DNA of 63,997 bases, the filler included, from Chiloscyllium plagiosum (lineage: Eukaryota): NCBI RefSeq assembly GCF_004010195.1. It is 3 parts of one record of this genome, joined end to end, with 100 filler letters (N's around TTAATTAATTAA, not from the genome) between each part and the next. Parts side by side here need not be neighbours in the genome. Positions count along the whole stretch, not along the records: positions 1 to 30,840 come from NC_057712.1; positions 30,941 to 60,925 come from NC_057712.1; 1 more part is not named here. One strand, written 5' to 3'. A model generated the notes under the pieces. That model worked only from the letters and a program-made list of their open reading frames with translations, had not been told where the DNA came from and searched no databases. A program made the translations under genes and the position numbers. Each line of letters starts with the position of its first letter. Position 1 is the first letter of the stretch. This document shows positions 26,851 to 39,315 of this stretch, one piece after another.

Positions 26851-27844
26851 GCATTTAGGCTGGCTACCGAGCTGGAAATCAGCTGATACTAAAGATGCAT
26901 ACCATGACATTGCAGTAAAACCATGCTTCATATTAACTCTCAAAATCTTTCCTGGTCAATCATTGTATGCATGGTATATTTTATTCTTTATAGGCTTATA
27001 AAACATTTCATAAAATTGAGTAGTTTTGCTTGGAAAATGCTCCAAGTATAACTATGTATGGATGCAGTCATTTTGTAGAACATAGTGAGACAAATTGCCC
27101 TCGTGTACTAATATCTTGACTGTTTTTTTATTAACTTTGCTCAGATTTGGAGTTCAGTAAAATAGCTCAGAATGATTTGTGACTACTCTGTGAGACTGCT
27201 GGCATATTATGCTGTGTACACTCAAACTAGCATTTGAATAATGGATAGATTTGGAATCACCTAACTAATCTAGAAACACTTTCTGTCACAGAAATGCAAA
27301 TTCGGTAAAAATTCTGAAATCAAGTGAAATTAGTTCTCTTGGTTTTTCACCACAGTTCAGCCTTTAACTTTAGCAAACCCACCAGCACTACCTAGGCTAA
27401 CTAGGAGAACATAAATCAGCTAATTCCACATCAGGTTACAGCAATATTTTTATTTAATCCATGGGCAAAAATGTATTCGTAATATTAAATTAGACTTTTT
27501 TTTATTCATTCATTAAATGTAGGAGTCACTGCCCGGCCAGCATTTATTAACTACCCTCTGGCCAATTAGGGTTTGGTAAGCATCAATCACATTGTTGTGA
27601 GTCTGAAGTCACACGCAGGCCTGACCAGGTAGGGACGGCAGTTTCTTTTCCTCTTGGACATTAGTGACGTACACTTTGTTTTGTAAAGGAGTGTCCTTAG
27701 ATGCATTAATGCAAGACAAATATCTGGCATAGTCCTAAAAATGTACTAGCAGTGTTCACCAAAACTGTGGTAAGAATATACAGAACAGAAAAAAAATCTG
27801 TTAAATTTGCTTTAAAATAAAACAGCAGATACTGCAACACTTCA

Positions 27845-29245
27845 TTTTTCAGAGTTCTCTAGATATAGGAGTCGTTCCTCTGGATTGGAAAATTGCATGG
27901 ATCACTCCACCTTTTAAAAAGAATGAAAGAGGAAAACCAGAGAATTACAGACGAGTTAGCCTAACATTTGTGGTGGGGAAATTGCCTGGATTCTATCGTC
28001 AAGGGTGGAGTAATTGAACACCTCAGGGATAATCCGTGTGAATTCATCGCAGCTGAATAACAAACATCATTGAATTTTTTGAAGAGGTGACTGAGGTAGT
28101 GGATATGGGATGTTGTTCATATAGACTTTCAGAAGGCATTTGATAAAGTACCACAAAAGAGATGTTAACTAAGGTAGAAGCCCATGAATTACTTACATAG
28201 CTGGAAAATTGGCTAAGTGGCATGTGACAGAAACTAGGGAAGATTGGTAAGATGTGACCAGTGGTATCCCATAATGATACGTGTCAGGCCTTCAACTGTT
28301 AACATTATTTATTAATGCCTTGGATAATGGCATATAAAGTCGAATCTCCAAATTTGCTGATGACACAAAGTTAGATAGCATTGTACACAGAGTGGATGAT
28401 TGAAATAAAATTACAAAGATATGTTGATAGACTAGGTGAATGGGCAAAACTGTGGCAGATGGAGTTGAAAGCAAGCATGCATGCATGAGGATATCATTTT
28501 TTAACTGAAAGTATCGGTCAGAGTACTTTCTAGATGGTATGACATTAAATACAGTGGATGTCTGAGAAGACTTGGGGTTTAAGACACACAGATCTTTAAA
28601 AATAACATGAACAGGTGCAGAAAATAATCAAGAAATTTAATGGAATGCTGGCCTTTATATTTACAGGACTGGAGTATAAGGATACAGAGGTTATACTGTA
28701 TTATGCAAAACCCTGATTAGACCCCAATTGGAGTACTGTGAGCAGATCTGAGCACCATGTTTTACAAAGAATATATTGGCTTCGGAGGGAGTACAATGTA
28801 GATTTACAAGAATGATACCTGGACTTCAGGGGTTATGTTACGAGGAGAGATTACACAAAATCAGCCTGTTTTCTCTAGAATTCAAAAGGTTAAGAGGTGA
28901 GCTGAACAAAATCTTCAAAATATTCACAGGAAAAGACAGATCGATAAAGATAAACTATTTCCACCAGTTGGAGATTCTAGAAGTAGGAGCATAGTCTAGG
29001 AATTAGGCCAGACCATTCAGGAGCAATGTTAGAAAGCAGTTCTAAACACAAAGGGTGACAGATGTTTGGAACTCATCTACGAACAACAGTGGATATCAGA
29101 TCAGCTCGAGAAATAATTTATGAAACAAAGGTACTATGGAGCATGGGCCAAAGACAGGGATATGGAGTTAGACCACAGATCAGCCATGATCTCACTAACT
29201 GGAGGAAACAGCTGGAGGGGACGAATGACCTACTTGTTCCGATGT
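27845..29245 (+). mobile_element. CR1-type LINE RT fragment
   Basis: DFQKAFDKVPQ, KFADDTK, RFTRMIPGL..YEERL. Confidence 0.8.
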
Positions 29246-29294
29246 CTGCAAAAGGTTCAGATCAAAGAACAAGTTTGAAGGACATAACGTTAAT

Positions 29295-29830
29295 GAAGTC
29301 AAACAGTGTGGCACTGGAAAAGCACAGCAGGTCAGGCAGCAATCAAGGAGCAGGTGAGTCAACATTTTGGGCATAAGTCCTTCATCAAGAATGTAGGGGT
29401 GGGGGCAAGAGATAAACTGAAGGTGGATGGGGCTGGGGGAGAAGATAGCTTGGGGTGATAGGTAGAAGCAGGTGGGGGAAATGGTGATAGGTCAGAGCGG
29501 AGGGTCGAGTGGATGGGTGGGAAGGAAGATAGACAGGTGGGACAGTTCAAGAGGGCAGTGCAGAGTTAGACGATTAGATCTGAGATGAGGTGGGGGGAGA
29601 GGAAATAGGAAACTGGTGAAATCGACGTTGATGCCGTGTGGTTGGAGGGTCCCAATGCAGAAGGTGAGGCATTCTTCCTCCAAGGGTCAGGTGGCTAGAA
29701 TTTGGCGGCCCAGGACTTGCATGTCCTTGGCAGAGTGGAAGGGGGAGTTGAAGTGGTTGGTCACAGGGTGGTGGGGTTGTTTGGTGCGTTTGTCCCAGAA
29801 ATGTTCTTGAAAACTTTCCGTGAGTTGGCA
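29295..29830 (-). mobile_element. Penelope-like element 3' part (GIY-YIG remnant and pLTR)
   Basis: EEECLTFCIGTLQPHGINVDF and FREH-like motifs; pLTR gcacagcaggtcaggcagc. Confidence 0.75.
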
Positions 29831-29987
29831 AGTTGTAGAGGAGACCATATTGAGAGTAAAGGTCCAGTAGATGAGGTGAACTCATTTTCAACAAAACCAT
29901 CTATCATTGATTATCTTTTGCAGAGCTAGATGCTCAAATAATTTTGTTTAGAAGTATTAAGTCCAGGCATTTATTCAAAACAGATAT

Positions 29988-30840
29988 TAGAACATAGAAC
30001 AGTACAGCACAGAACAGGCCCTTCAGCCCACGATGTTGTGCCGACCACTGATCCTCATGTATGGACCCTCAAATTTCTGTGACCATATCAATGTCCAGGA
30101 GTCTCTTAAATGTCCCCAATGACCCTGCATCCACAACTGCTGCTGGCAACGCATTCCATGCTCTCACAACTCTCTGTGTAAAGAACCCGCCTCTGACATC
30201 CCATCTATACTTTCCTCCAACCAGCTTAAAACTGTGACCCCTCGTGTTAGTCATTTCTGCCCTTGGAAATAGAGTCGATAGCCAGAGACTATCTATGCCT
30301 CTCATTATCTTGTATACCTCAATTAGGTCCCCCTTCTCCTCCTTTTCTCCAATGAAAAACGTCCGAGCTCAGTCAACCTCTCCTCATAAGATAAGCCCTC
30401 CAGTCCAGGCAGCATCCTGGTAAACCTCCTCTGAACCCGCCCTAAAGCATCCACATCTTTCTTATAATAGGGCGACCAGAACTGGACGCAGTATTCCAAG
30501 TGAGGTCTAACCAAAGTTTTACAGAGCTGCAACAAGATCTCATGACTCTTAAACTCAATACCTCCGTTAATGAAAGCCAAAACACCATATGCTTTCTTAA
30601 CAAACCTGTCCACTTCGGTGGCCATTTTAAGGGATCTATGTACCTGCACCCCAAGATCCCTCTGTTCCTCCACACTGCCAAGAATCCTATCCTTAATCCT
30701 GTACTCAGCTTTCAAATTCGACCTTCCAAAATGCATCACCTTGCATTTATCCAGGTTGAACTCCATCTGCCACCTCTCAGCCCATCTCTGCATCCTGTCA
30801 ATGTCCCGCTGCAGCCTACAACAGCCCTCTATACTGTCAA
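29988..30840 (-). mobile_element. Young CR1-type LINE 3' part, cut by the spacer
   Basis: WAERWQMEFNLDKCKVMHFG...RPHLEYCVQFWSPYY; agaacatagaacagtacagcac tail. Confidence 0.9.
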
Positions 30841-30940
30841 NNNNNNNNNNNNNNNNNNNNNNNNNNNNNNNNNNNNNNNNNNNNTTAATTAATTAANNNN
30901 NNNNNNNNNNNNNNNNNNNNNNNNNNNNNNNNNNNNNNNN
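30841..30940. other. Artificial scaffold-joining spacer (44 N + TTAATTAATTAA + 44 N)
   Basis: Exactly 100 bp and symmetric; the 12-mer has stop codons in all six frames; identical copy at 60926-61025. Confidence 0.93.
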
Positions 30941-31200
30941 GCACTGCCTTCCTAACCTGCAATCTTCTTCCCGACCTCTCCGCCCCCACCCCAGTCTGAC
31001 CTATCACCCTCCCCTTGACCTCTTTCCACCTCTCACATTTCCGACGCCCCTCCCCCAAGTCCCTCCTCCCTATCTTTTATCTTAGCCTGCTGGACAAACT
31101 TTCCTCATTCCTGAAGAAGGGCTTATGCCCGAAACGTCGATTCTCCTGTTCCCTGGATGCTGCCTGACCTGCTGCGCTTCTCCAGCAACACATTTTCAGC
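30941..31200 (+). mobile_element. Penelope-like pLTR/3' end with hammerhead-like core
   Basis: CTGAAGA-A-GGGC-TTAT-GCCC-GAAA-CGTC at 31111-31138 followed by ggatgctgcctgacctgctg. Confidence 0.75.
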
Positions 31201-31449
31201 AGTAATCTGGAATGATATGATGGGGGATACCTGGTAACCCATGTTACAAGATCAGTTGTGGGAGCAGAAATGGAAGTGGATCAGGGGTCCTGCAATCAGG
31301 AGAGAGGGGAAGTAGCTTCACTGGGACCATTGGATTTGAAAGTATGTTTTGCATCCAATCTGACCTATCCCATTCTCAATGGACAGGGTACATTAAATTT
31401 ACCACTGACATTTCTGAGTTAAGATGGAAATGCCACAAAAGCATAAGGA

Positions 31450-33207
31450 ACAATGTGCAATGAAGCAAACTTAATAAGGGCGCTTAAGGTGAAGGAACCC
31501 TTAGGAGCCATTGATCATAATATGATTGAAATTACTCTGCAATTTGAGAGGGAGAAGGTAGAATCAGAGGTAACAGTATTATCGTTGAATAAAGGCAACT
31601 ACAAAGGCATGAAGGAGGAGCTGGGTAGAGTTGACTGGGAGAAGAGCCCAGCAGGAAAGACAGTGGAATAGTAATAGCAAGGGTTTCTAGATGTAACTCA
31701 GGAGACACAGCAGTGATTCATCCCAAGGAAAAAGCAGCATGGTGCAGTGGGGATGACTCCACCATGGCTGACTAGGGAAGTCAGGGATAGCATAAAAACA
31801 AAAGACAAAGCATATAATGTGGCAAGGGCAGTCGGAAACCAGAGGATTGGGACACTTACAAAAACCAACAGACTGCAACAAACAAAGAAATAAGGAGGGA
31901 GAAGATTAAATATGAGGGTGAGCTAGCCAGTTAATTAAAGGAAGACTGTAAACATTTTTTTTTAGATACATAAAGGGCGAAAGAGAGGCAAAAGCGGACA
32001 TTGGGCTGCTGGAAAATGATACTGCAGAGATAGTGATGGAGAACAAGGAAATGGCTGAGGAACTGAACAATTACTTTGTGGCAGTCTTCACAGTGGAAGA
32101 CATGGGTAATATCCCAAAATTTCAGGAGAGTGAGGGAGCAGAGCTGAGTATGTTGGCCATCACCAAGGTAAAGGTGCTAGAAAAGCTGAATGGCCTGAAA
32201 GTGGATACATCACCTGGACCAGATGGACTACACCTCAGAGCTCTTAAGGGAAATAGCTGAAGAGATAGCAGAAGCATTAGTGGTAATCTGTCAGGAATCG
32301 CTAGAGTCAGGGAGGGTCCCAAAGGATTGGAAAATCATTAAATGTGACACCCCTGTTTGAAAAAGGAGGAAGACAAAAGATGGAAAATTACAGGTTGATT
32401 AGCCTAACCTTGATTGTGGGAAAGTGTGAGGTCATGCAATTTGGTAGGAAGAATAGAGGCATAGACATTTTACTAAATGGGGACATAATTCAGAAGTCTT
32501 AAGTGCAAAGAGACTTCAGAGTTCTAGTCCAGCATTCTCTCAAGGTAAACTTGCAGGTTGAGTCAGTAGTTAGGAAGGCAAATGCAATGATGGCATTTAT
32601 CTTGAGAGGACTTGAATATAAAAGCAAGGATGTACTTCTGAGGCTCCAAAAGGCTCTGGTCAGATGACGTTTGGAGTATTGTGTGCAGTTTTGGGTCCCA
32701 TATCTCAGGAAGGATGTACTGGCCCTGGAGTGTGTTCAGAGGAGGTTCACAAGAACGGTCTCAGGAATGAAAAGATAAACAAAAGAGGAACGTTTGAGGA
32801 CTCTGGGTTTATACTCAATGGAGTTGAGAAGGATGAGGGGGGATCTAATTCAAATATACAGATGACTGAATGGTCTGGACAGAGTAGATGTTGGAAAGAT
32901 GTTTCCATTGGTAAGAGTGACTAGGACCTGCGGGCACCGCCTTAGAGTAAAGGGAAGACCTTTTAGAATGGAGATGGGGAGAAACTTCAGTCAGTAAGTG
33001 GTGAATCTATGGAATTCATGGCCACAAAAGGCTGTGGAGGCCCGGTCATTGAATATATTTAAGACTGAGATAGATAGGTTCTTGAGTATCAAGGGGTTCA
33101 AAGGTTACAGTGAGAAAGCGGCTGAGAAACTTATAAGACATGATTGAATGGTGAAGCAGACTCGATGGGCTAAATGGCCTAATTTTTGTTTCTATGTCTT
33201 ATGGTCT
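31450..33207 (+). mobile_element. CR1-type LINE with internal deletion of the RT core
   Basis: EPLGAIDHNMIE and LKVDTSPGPDGLH motifs; jumps at about 32420 from NYRLISLT directly to the KCEVMQFG region; ends in atgtcttatggtct. Confidence 0.85.
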
Positions 33208-34454
33208 AATTTACAATTTACAAAGCCAGCAGGGACGACGAGAAGAAAGAATGAGTGAGTAAGAAGAGGTTAAAAGGTAAAAACATAGTTTCTAATTTTA
33301 TACGGTATGTCTTCTGAAGGGTACTGACATTACACACATGAACAAGAGTTCAAACTGTAATATTTTCCAAAGTCCTTGCCTAAGCCCTGAAGGCGATGAT
33401 CAATCCTGGAAACTGTTCAAAGAGCAACATTCGTCATCCAGTACTTCATGTAACTGACTATTCTTTGTACAGGCCAAGGCCAGTATTTATAGATGAAAAT
33501 TTGGTTGTGGCATGAGTGAATAAAATCATCACAGTTAAACCTGGTCTCTACCCAACCCAGGTCTATACTTACACACATTCAAGCAGCAGTGATTGTAGTG
33601 GTGAGAGATTGATCTAATAGTGATCAAAAGTCTAGCCCTTGTATTACCCAACTGACATTAAGCTGATATACCCAAAATCTGTCAGAGGTTAACAAACAGC
33701 AGAAGATATTTACTGAGTATTTGAATGTTTTGTTTTATGCAACCCACCCACCAATTTGATGTAAAGCTCTACTACCAACTCGTGGAAGCAGCTAACCCAA
33801 GTTCTACTTTAAAGGAAGGTTTCTTCTTCAGGCTTGGTGTCAATTTTTTTAAAAAGTAAGGATGAATGAAAGCTATCTAATTTTGGAATACTAATCTCAT
33901 TGCTGTAAGTGAACTGTGACACTGAATCTGATCAATGTTATAAACTTTAAATATTCAAAAATGATATAATAAGGTGGACTGGAGGTGTAATTGTTGTGCA
34001 CTGATTTACTTTTGTTGTACGAGTTGAAACTTTTCCACTCTCCTTTTCATGTTTTTTTCTACTTTCCACATTTCATTTATTAGATTTTTGATTATTCCTA
34101 TTTCTCTCCCTGGCCTTCAGATGTTCTCATCTAATATTTTTGTATTTTTAGTGCTGACAGTTTCAAGACTAATCCTTGATCTTGTCTCAGATTCCTCATT
34201 CTTAATATTTCCTTTGCAGTTTGCATTATATGTTCCTTTGTCCTGCTGGCTTTCTTTTTAGAAACAAGTCATTTCTGGTGTGAGTTTCCTGCTATTTCTG
34301 TGCATTGATGTTTGTGTTAAGTTTTAATGTTACTGTCTTTTGTACCTGCTCCTATTGTCCTTTAGCCTGTCTCTTTCCAATTTCTATCATCAATTGAAAG
34401 GGTCATGTATATTCTGTCAGTGGAGACAGGATTTGTCATTGCTGATTTTCACAA

Positions 34455-34822
34455 TCATAAGACCATAAGACATAGGAGCAGAAATTATACCATTCAGCCC
34501 ATCAAGTCTGCTCCGCCATTCAATTATAGCTGATAGGCTTCTCAATCCCGTTCTCCCGCTTTCTCCCCATAACCATTGATCCCCTTGATACTCAAGAATA
34601 TCTATATCAACCTTAAATATACTCAATGACCTGGCCTCCACAGCCTTCTGTGGCAATGAATTCCATAGATTTATCAATCTCTGGCTGAAGAAGTTTCTCT
34701 CCATCTCCATTCTAAAAGGTCTTCCCTTTACTCTGAGGCTATGCCCTCGGGCCCTCGTCTCACCTACCAATGGAAACATCTGCCCAACCTCTACTTTGTC
34801 TAGGCCATTCAGTATTCTGCAT
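34455..34822 (-). mobile_element. CR1-type LINE 3' end (inverted relative to 32830-33207)
   Basis: RARGHSLRVKGRPFR..FFSQRLINLWNSLP. Confidence 0.8.
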
Positions 34823-34919
34823 ATATAAAGCACATACTTACCCCACTCAACAACATCCCTTTAAAGAAGTGTAGCAAAAGGAGAGTGAAATATTTTCTGG
34901 CGCTAATGTTCCTTTTGTT

Positions 34920-35142
34920 TCGTGATGTTGGGTTATAGTCCAAGAGGTTTATTTGGAATCACAAGCTTTTGGAGTGCTGCTCCTTCATCAGGTGAAGTTT
35001 TTCACCTGTTGGACTATAACCACTTCACCAACTGAAGGCTTCACAGAAGTCCTTCACCTGACAAAGGAGCAGTGCTTCAAAAGCTTTTAATTTCACATAA
35101 ACCTGTTGGACTACAACTTGGTGTCATGTGACTTCTGACTTT
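34920..35142. mobile_element. Hairpin of the second Penelope pLTR family
   Basis: ggttatagtccaagaggtttatttgg..gctccttcatcagg inverted against cctgacaaaggagcagtgcttc..ctgttggactacaac. Confidence 0.65.
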
Positions 35143-35589
35143 GAAGTTCAATCAAATGAAGTTCCACAGGATTACAGAGCCACACTAAGTTAAGGAATGT
35201 GCCTGGAATTTACTCCTCCTTTCATTTACATCCATGGGAGAAATTCCAACTACTATCTCTCCATGGGAGGGAGAGATTTGGCTCTTCATAGGCAATGGCT
35301 TAAATGCTTGACAGCAAGGGATGCTGGAGCCTGCACGTTTCAGTGTTCGCCTTTTGGCCTGCCCTCGAGCAACTTGCCCCATCCATTGCTGCATGATTTT
35401 TTAAAATCTTTTCTCTTTATGTTTATTTTTCATTTTATTCCCATCACCAGGAAAACACCCACGTAGCTGATGAAACATTAACAAGCAAAGCCTGTTAAAG
35501 GCAATGCTGTCATCTAAAAAGTGAGGAAGAAGGTCAGGGAGAGAAGAAGGAGACTAAATCAAAATGCCGCTGGAGGAGAAAGTAAAGCA

Positions 35590-35850
35590 CTTTAGAGAGA
35601 GATGGGCACAGCGGGTGATAAAGGCATCAAGGTTATAGGTGGACACTATGTGCTCTCACCATGGACATTCGGGTTTGAATGCAACCGTGGAAGAGGGGCA
35701 GGCAGTCAGCAGAAATTATCCCCTGTGCAGCCTGCTGCTTGGACCTGTTTATTGCCAGCCTGGCCAGGCTCAGGAGCAGACCCATGAGGATGTCCTCCGA
35801 TCTGCCCAAATCCCTTCCCATAAGGTGCCCAAAGATCAGAAGCACCTTTA
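35590..35850 (-). mobile_element. Tx1/L1-like LINE C-terminal fragment
   Basis: LLIFGH...EDILMGLLLSLARLAINRSKQ...ADCLPLFHG resembles Tx1-clade ORF2 termini. Confidence 0.55.
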
Positions 35851-37764
35851 TCATAAAGAGGGCAGAAACTGAGGACTGCAAATATTTTTGATATCTGTGG
35901 TGTTTATATTGATGCACCAGATGGGTACAGCTAAAATCAGAAAATTCATAATTAGTTGCCCATTTCCATTAATCAACATGGTGGAAGCCTCAATTACATT
36001 AAATAATATCGCAATCAACATTTTATTTGCCATATTTATCAGTGATTAATATTTTCATCAGTTGTAATAACAGCCACTTGAAATAATTATGAACTACTAT
36101 GACACAGTTTATCAGTCAAATTCGAACAGGAATAGTGTAGACAATGTAATGAGGTCAGTCAGGTGGACCTCATTGAATATGGGTTCCCTGATTGGGGCTG
36201 TTAATTTGGTCCAATCATGGAGCCCAATTGACAGATAAGATCAGGAGTGTCAGAGGTTCTGTTCACTCTGAGAGCTGGCTCTCAGGAAGCTGGATCATTG
36301 TCAAGGATTCTCCATGTGTAAATAAAGGGTGACTTGGTAATGGCATATTGGTCTCTGTGGTGTTACTTCATTGGAACCAAGAGAAAAGCACGCTCCTGAA
36401 GAAATGTATTCGCAACATTCGTCTTTGAGTTAGGGGTAAGCATTTCTGGCACCACACTTTTACTTAGGAAGCTTAACTTGATCGATCCTGCCAGCAAACA
36501 CTGGGACCAGTATGTGGAAAGAATGGATTATTTTTTCCAGACAAATGACAGTGGGGCTGATGAAAAGCAATGAGTATTTCTCTTGACAGCTTGTGGACCT
36601 GCAGCACTTTCGGTATGAGGAGTCTAACTTTCCCTGAGGCACCAGATACTAAACTCTTTCAAGATTTGATAAATTTAGTTACGGAATATTACAACTCCAA
36701 GTCTGCTGTAATTTTGAGATACTATCGGTATTGCTCAGCACTTTGAGAACAAGGGAAATCCATATTGCGATTTTTGATTATTTCAAAATGAATGGCACAG
36801 GCATGTGACTTTAGTTTAACCATTAATGAGATGCTGAGAAACCATTTGGTATATGGGATGAATGACGTAACAAAAGCACCTACTAGCTGAAGCCCAACTG
36901 GATTTCAAACAGTCAATACAATTGTTTTAGCATTGGAAAATGCGGCAAGTAGAGCATTTGAATTGCAGGATATTCTGATGGAAGTGAACACCTCACCAGT
37001 CTGATTGAGCTTGGGAACCACCACTTGAGTGAAGTTAATTGTATAACCTCACTCAGGACATATCCTGGACAGAGGGACTCTAGGTCAGCCCACAGCAAAA
37101 CCCCAAAACAAAGCCAAGCCTCAGCCAAATGGTTAAAATTTTCTTCAAGATCTGGGCCAGCAAGCCATTTTCATTGCGGAGTGCCACTAGATTAAATTGT
37201 GTAAGAGAGTTCGTTGATGAGTGTCCAGGAGAGTGCACACCCTGGAAAGTCTACCTACATCTGGTTTGGAACAGTTAAATTGTTTAGCAACATCCAAAGC
37301 AGAACTAGTCAAAATAAACATCTGGTTAAATGATTACCTGGTTCTAATGGAGGTCGATACTTGTACAGCTGTTCAGTGATCACAGAACCAGTCTTTAACA
37401 AAAGTCGGTCTGTACTCCAACCCTTAAATTTGCACAAGACCTCAGCCAGACTGAGAACTTGTACCGTGGAATATTTACAAATTAAAAGTACAACTTCAGT
37501 TCCAGTCTCTTATGAGAAGCAGCTGGTTGAGTTACTATTGAGTGTAGTAAAAGTCACGGGCCCAAGCTTGATAGGGTGAAATTGGTTGAGAAAGACTGCC
37601 TGACTGAAGTCCTAATTAAATGCTCGGAAGTTGTTCAAGAAAGTCTAGGTACTATCAAAGGAGCCAAGGTCATCTTGCATTTTGACCAGGAAGCAATTTC
37701 ATGATTCTGCAAGGCCCACTTAATGCTATTTGCCTCACAGGGAAAAGTAGAGGTAGAAATGAGG

Positions 37765-38113
37765 ATGGCCTAGTACTATCGCTGGACTGTTAATCCAAAG
37801 ACCCAGGTAATATCCTGGGGATCTCGGTTTGAATCCTTCTGCAGCAGATGATGGAATTTGAATTCAATTTTTAAAAAAATCTAGAATTAAGAGTCTAATG
37901 ATGACCATAAATCCATTGTTGATTGTTGGAAAAATTCGTCTGGTTCACTAATGCCCTTGAGGGAAGGAAACTGCCATTCTTACCTTGTCTGGCCTACACA
38001 TGACTCCAGATCCACAGCAATTTGGTTGACTCTTAACTGCCCTCTGAGAAATTAGGGGTGGGCAATAAATGCTGGCCCAGCCAGTAATCTCATGAATGAA
38101 CTAATAAAAAAAA
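37765..38113 (+). mobile_element. tRNA-derived SINE inserted in Gypsy pol
   Basis: Head tggcctagt..ggtttgaatcc; tail gggcaataaatgctggcccagcc shared with the LINE at 61540-62450; A-rich end. Confidence 0.7.
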
Positions 38114-38766
38114 ATCAAAGGCTGGAAAGTGAAGAAGTCATCAAACTAGTGCAGTTTGTGGAATGGGCAGCATCAGTCGTACTGATTGTGAAGCCTGATG
38201 GGTCGATTTGTGGGGATTGTAAGCAAAAGTGGTCCTTGTAGGCAATCTGAGCACTGCCCACCAGTTCAGCTGTGTCTGCATCCAGTCTTGGCCACCAGAC
38301 ATAACTTCTTGTCAACATCTTCATTTTGGAAATTCCTGGATGACCTTGGTAGAGATCAGTTAGTATCTGGCGGTGACATTTGCTCAGGACATTTTCTCTT
38401 GTTTCCTATAATAATGTTATCTTCTACTGTGACCTAGTTTCTCCGGGTATGAAAAGGCTTCAGTTCTGATTGTGATAGCCCTTCGGTTTTCCCTATCACC
38501 ACCAGCTGTTTCAATCTTGCCAGGACCAGATCTTTCTGTATTCAACATGTGATATTGTCAGCTGTGACTGGAGGTGTCCAGAAAATGTAAAACCATTACG
38601 GCAGTGCCAGCGGTGGTGTACTGCCAGCAGGAGGCAGCTCAGTGCATCCACATTTGTTACTTTGCTTCCTGAATGGTGTTCCCAACTTGTAATTATACAC
38701 ATCTAGTATTCGAGCCCACTGCTGAATTCAACCTGAAGATATGGGCGGGACTGCCTGGCCTTCTTA

Positions 38767-39315
38767 ATGGGTAGCACAGTGGCTCACCAGTTAGCACTGC
38801 CGCTTCACAGCACCAAGGACCCGAGTTCAATTCCTGCCTCAGGCCACTATCTGTGTGGAGTTTGCACATTCTCCCCATGTCTGCATGGGTTTCCTCTAGG
38901 CGCTCTGCTTTCCTCCCACAATCCAAAGATGTACAGATCAGGTGAATTGGCCATGCTAAATTGCCCGTAGTGATAGGTACATTAGTCAGGAGTTGAAACT
39001 TTATTGCTGGAACAGCACAGCAGGTCAGGCAGCATCCAGGGAACAGGAGATTCGACGTTTCGGGCACAGGCCCTTCTTCAGGAATGGCCTGTGCCCGAAA
39101 CGTCGAATCTCCTGTTCCCTGGATGCTGCCTGACCTGCTGTGCTGTTCCAGCAATAAAGTTTCAACTTTGATCTCCAGCATCTGCAGACCTCACTTTCTC
39201 CACATTAGTCAGGATAAATGTAGGGGAATGGGTCTGGGTGGGTTACTCTTTAGAGGGTCGGTGTGAACTTGTTGGGCCAAATGGCCTGTTTCCATACTGT
39301 AGGGAAACTAATCTT
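38767..39315 (+). mobile_element. HE1-type (V-SINE) elasmobranch SINE, interrupted by a Penelope hairpin
   Basis: ttagcactgccgcttcacagcacc..gttcaattcc..tgtgtggagtttgcacattctcccc..ggtttcctc..ggtgaattggccatgctaaattgccc. Confidence 0.85.
38992..39201. mobile_element. Hairpin Penelope-derived mini-element, nearly identical to 3087-3320
   Basis: Near-perfect inverted arms; 13-bp TSD ACATTAGTCAGGA at 38979-38991 and 39202-39214. Confidence 0.88.

Noticed and set aside
32830..34822. ~370-bp inverted repeat suggesting a large DNA transposon
   Set aside because: Both arms are ordinary CR1 3' ends in opposite orientation, not TIRs.
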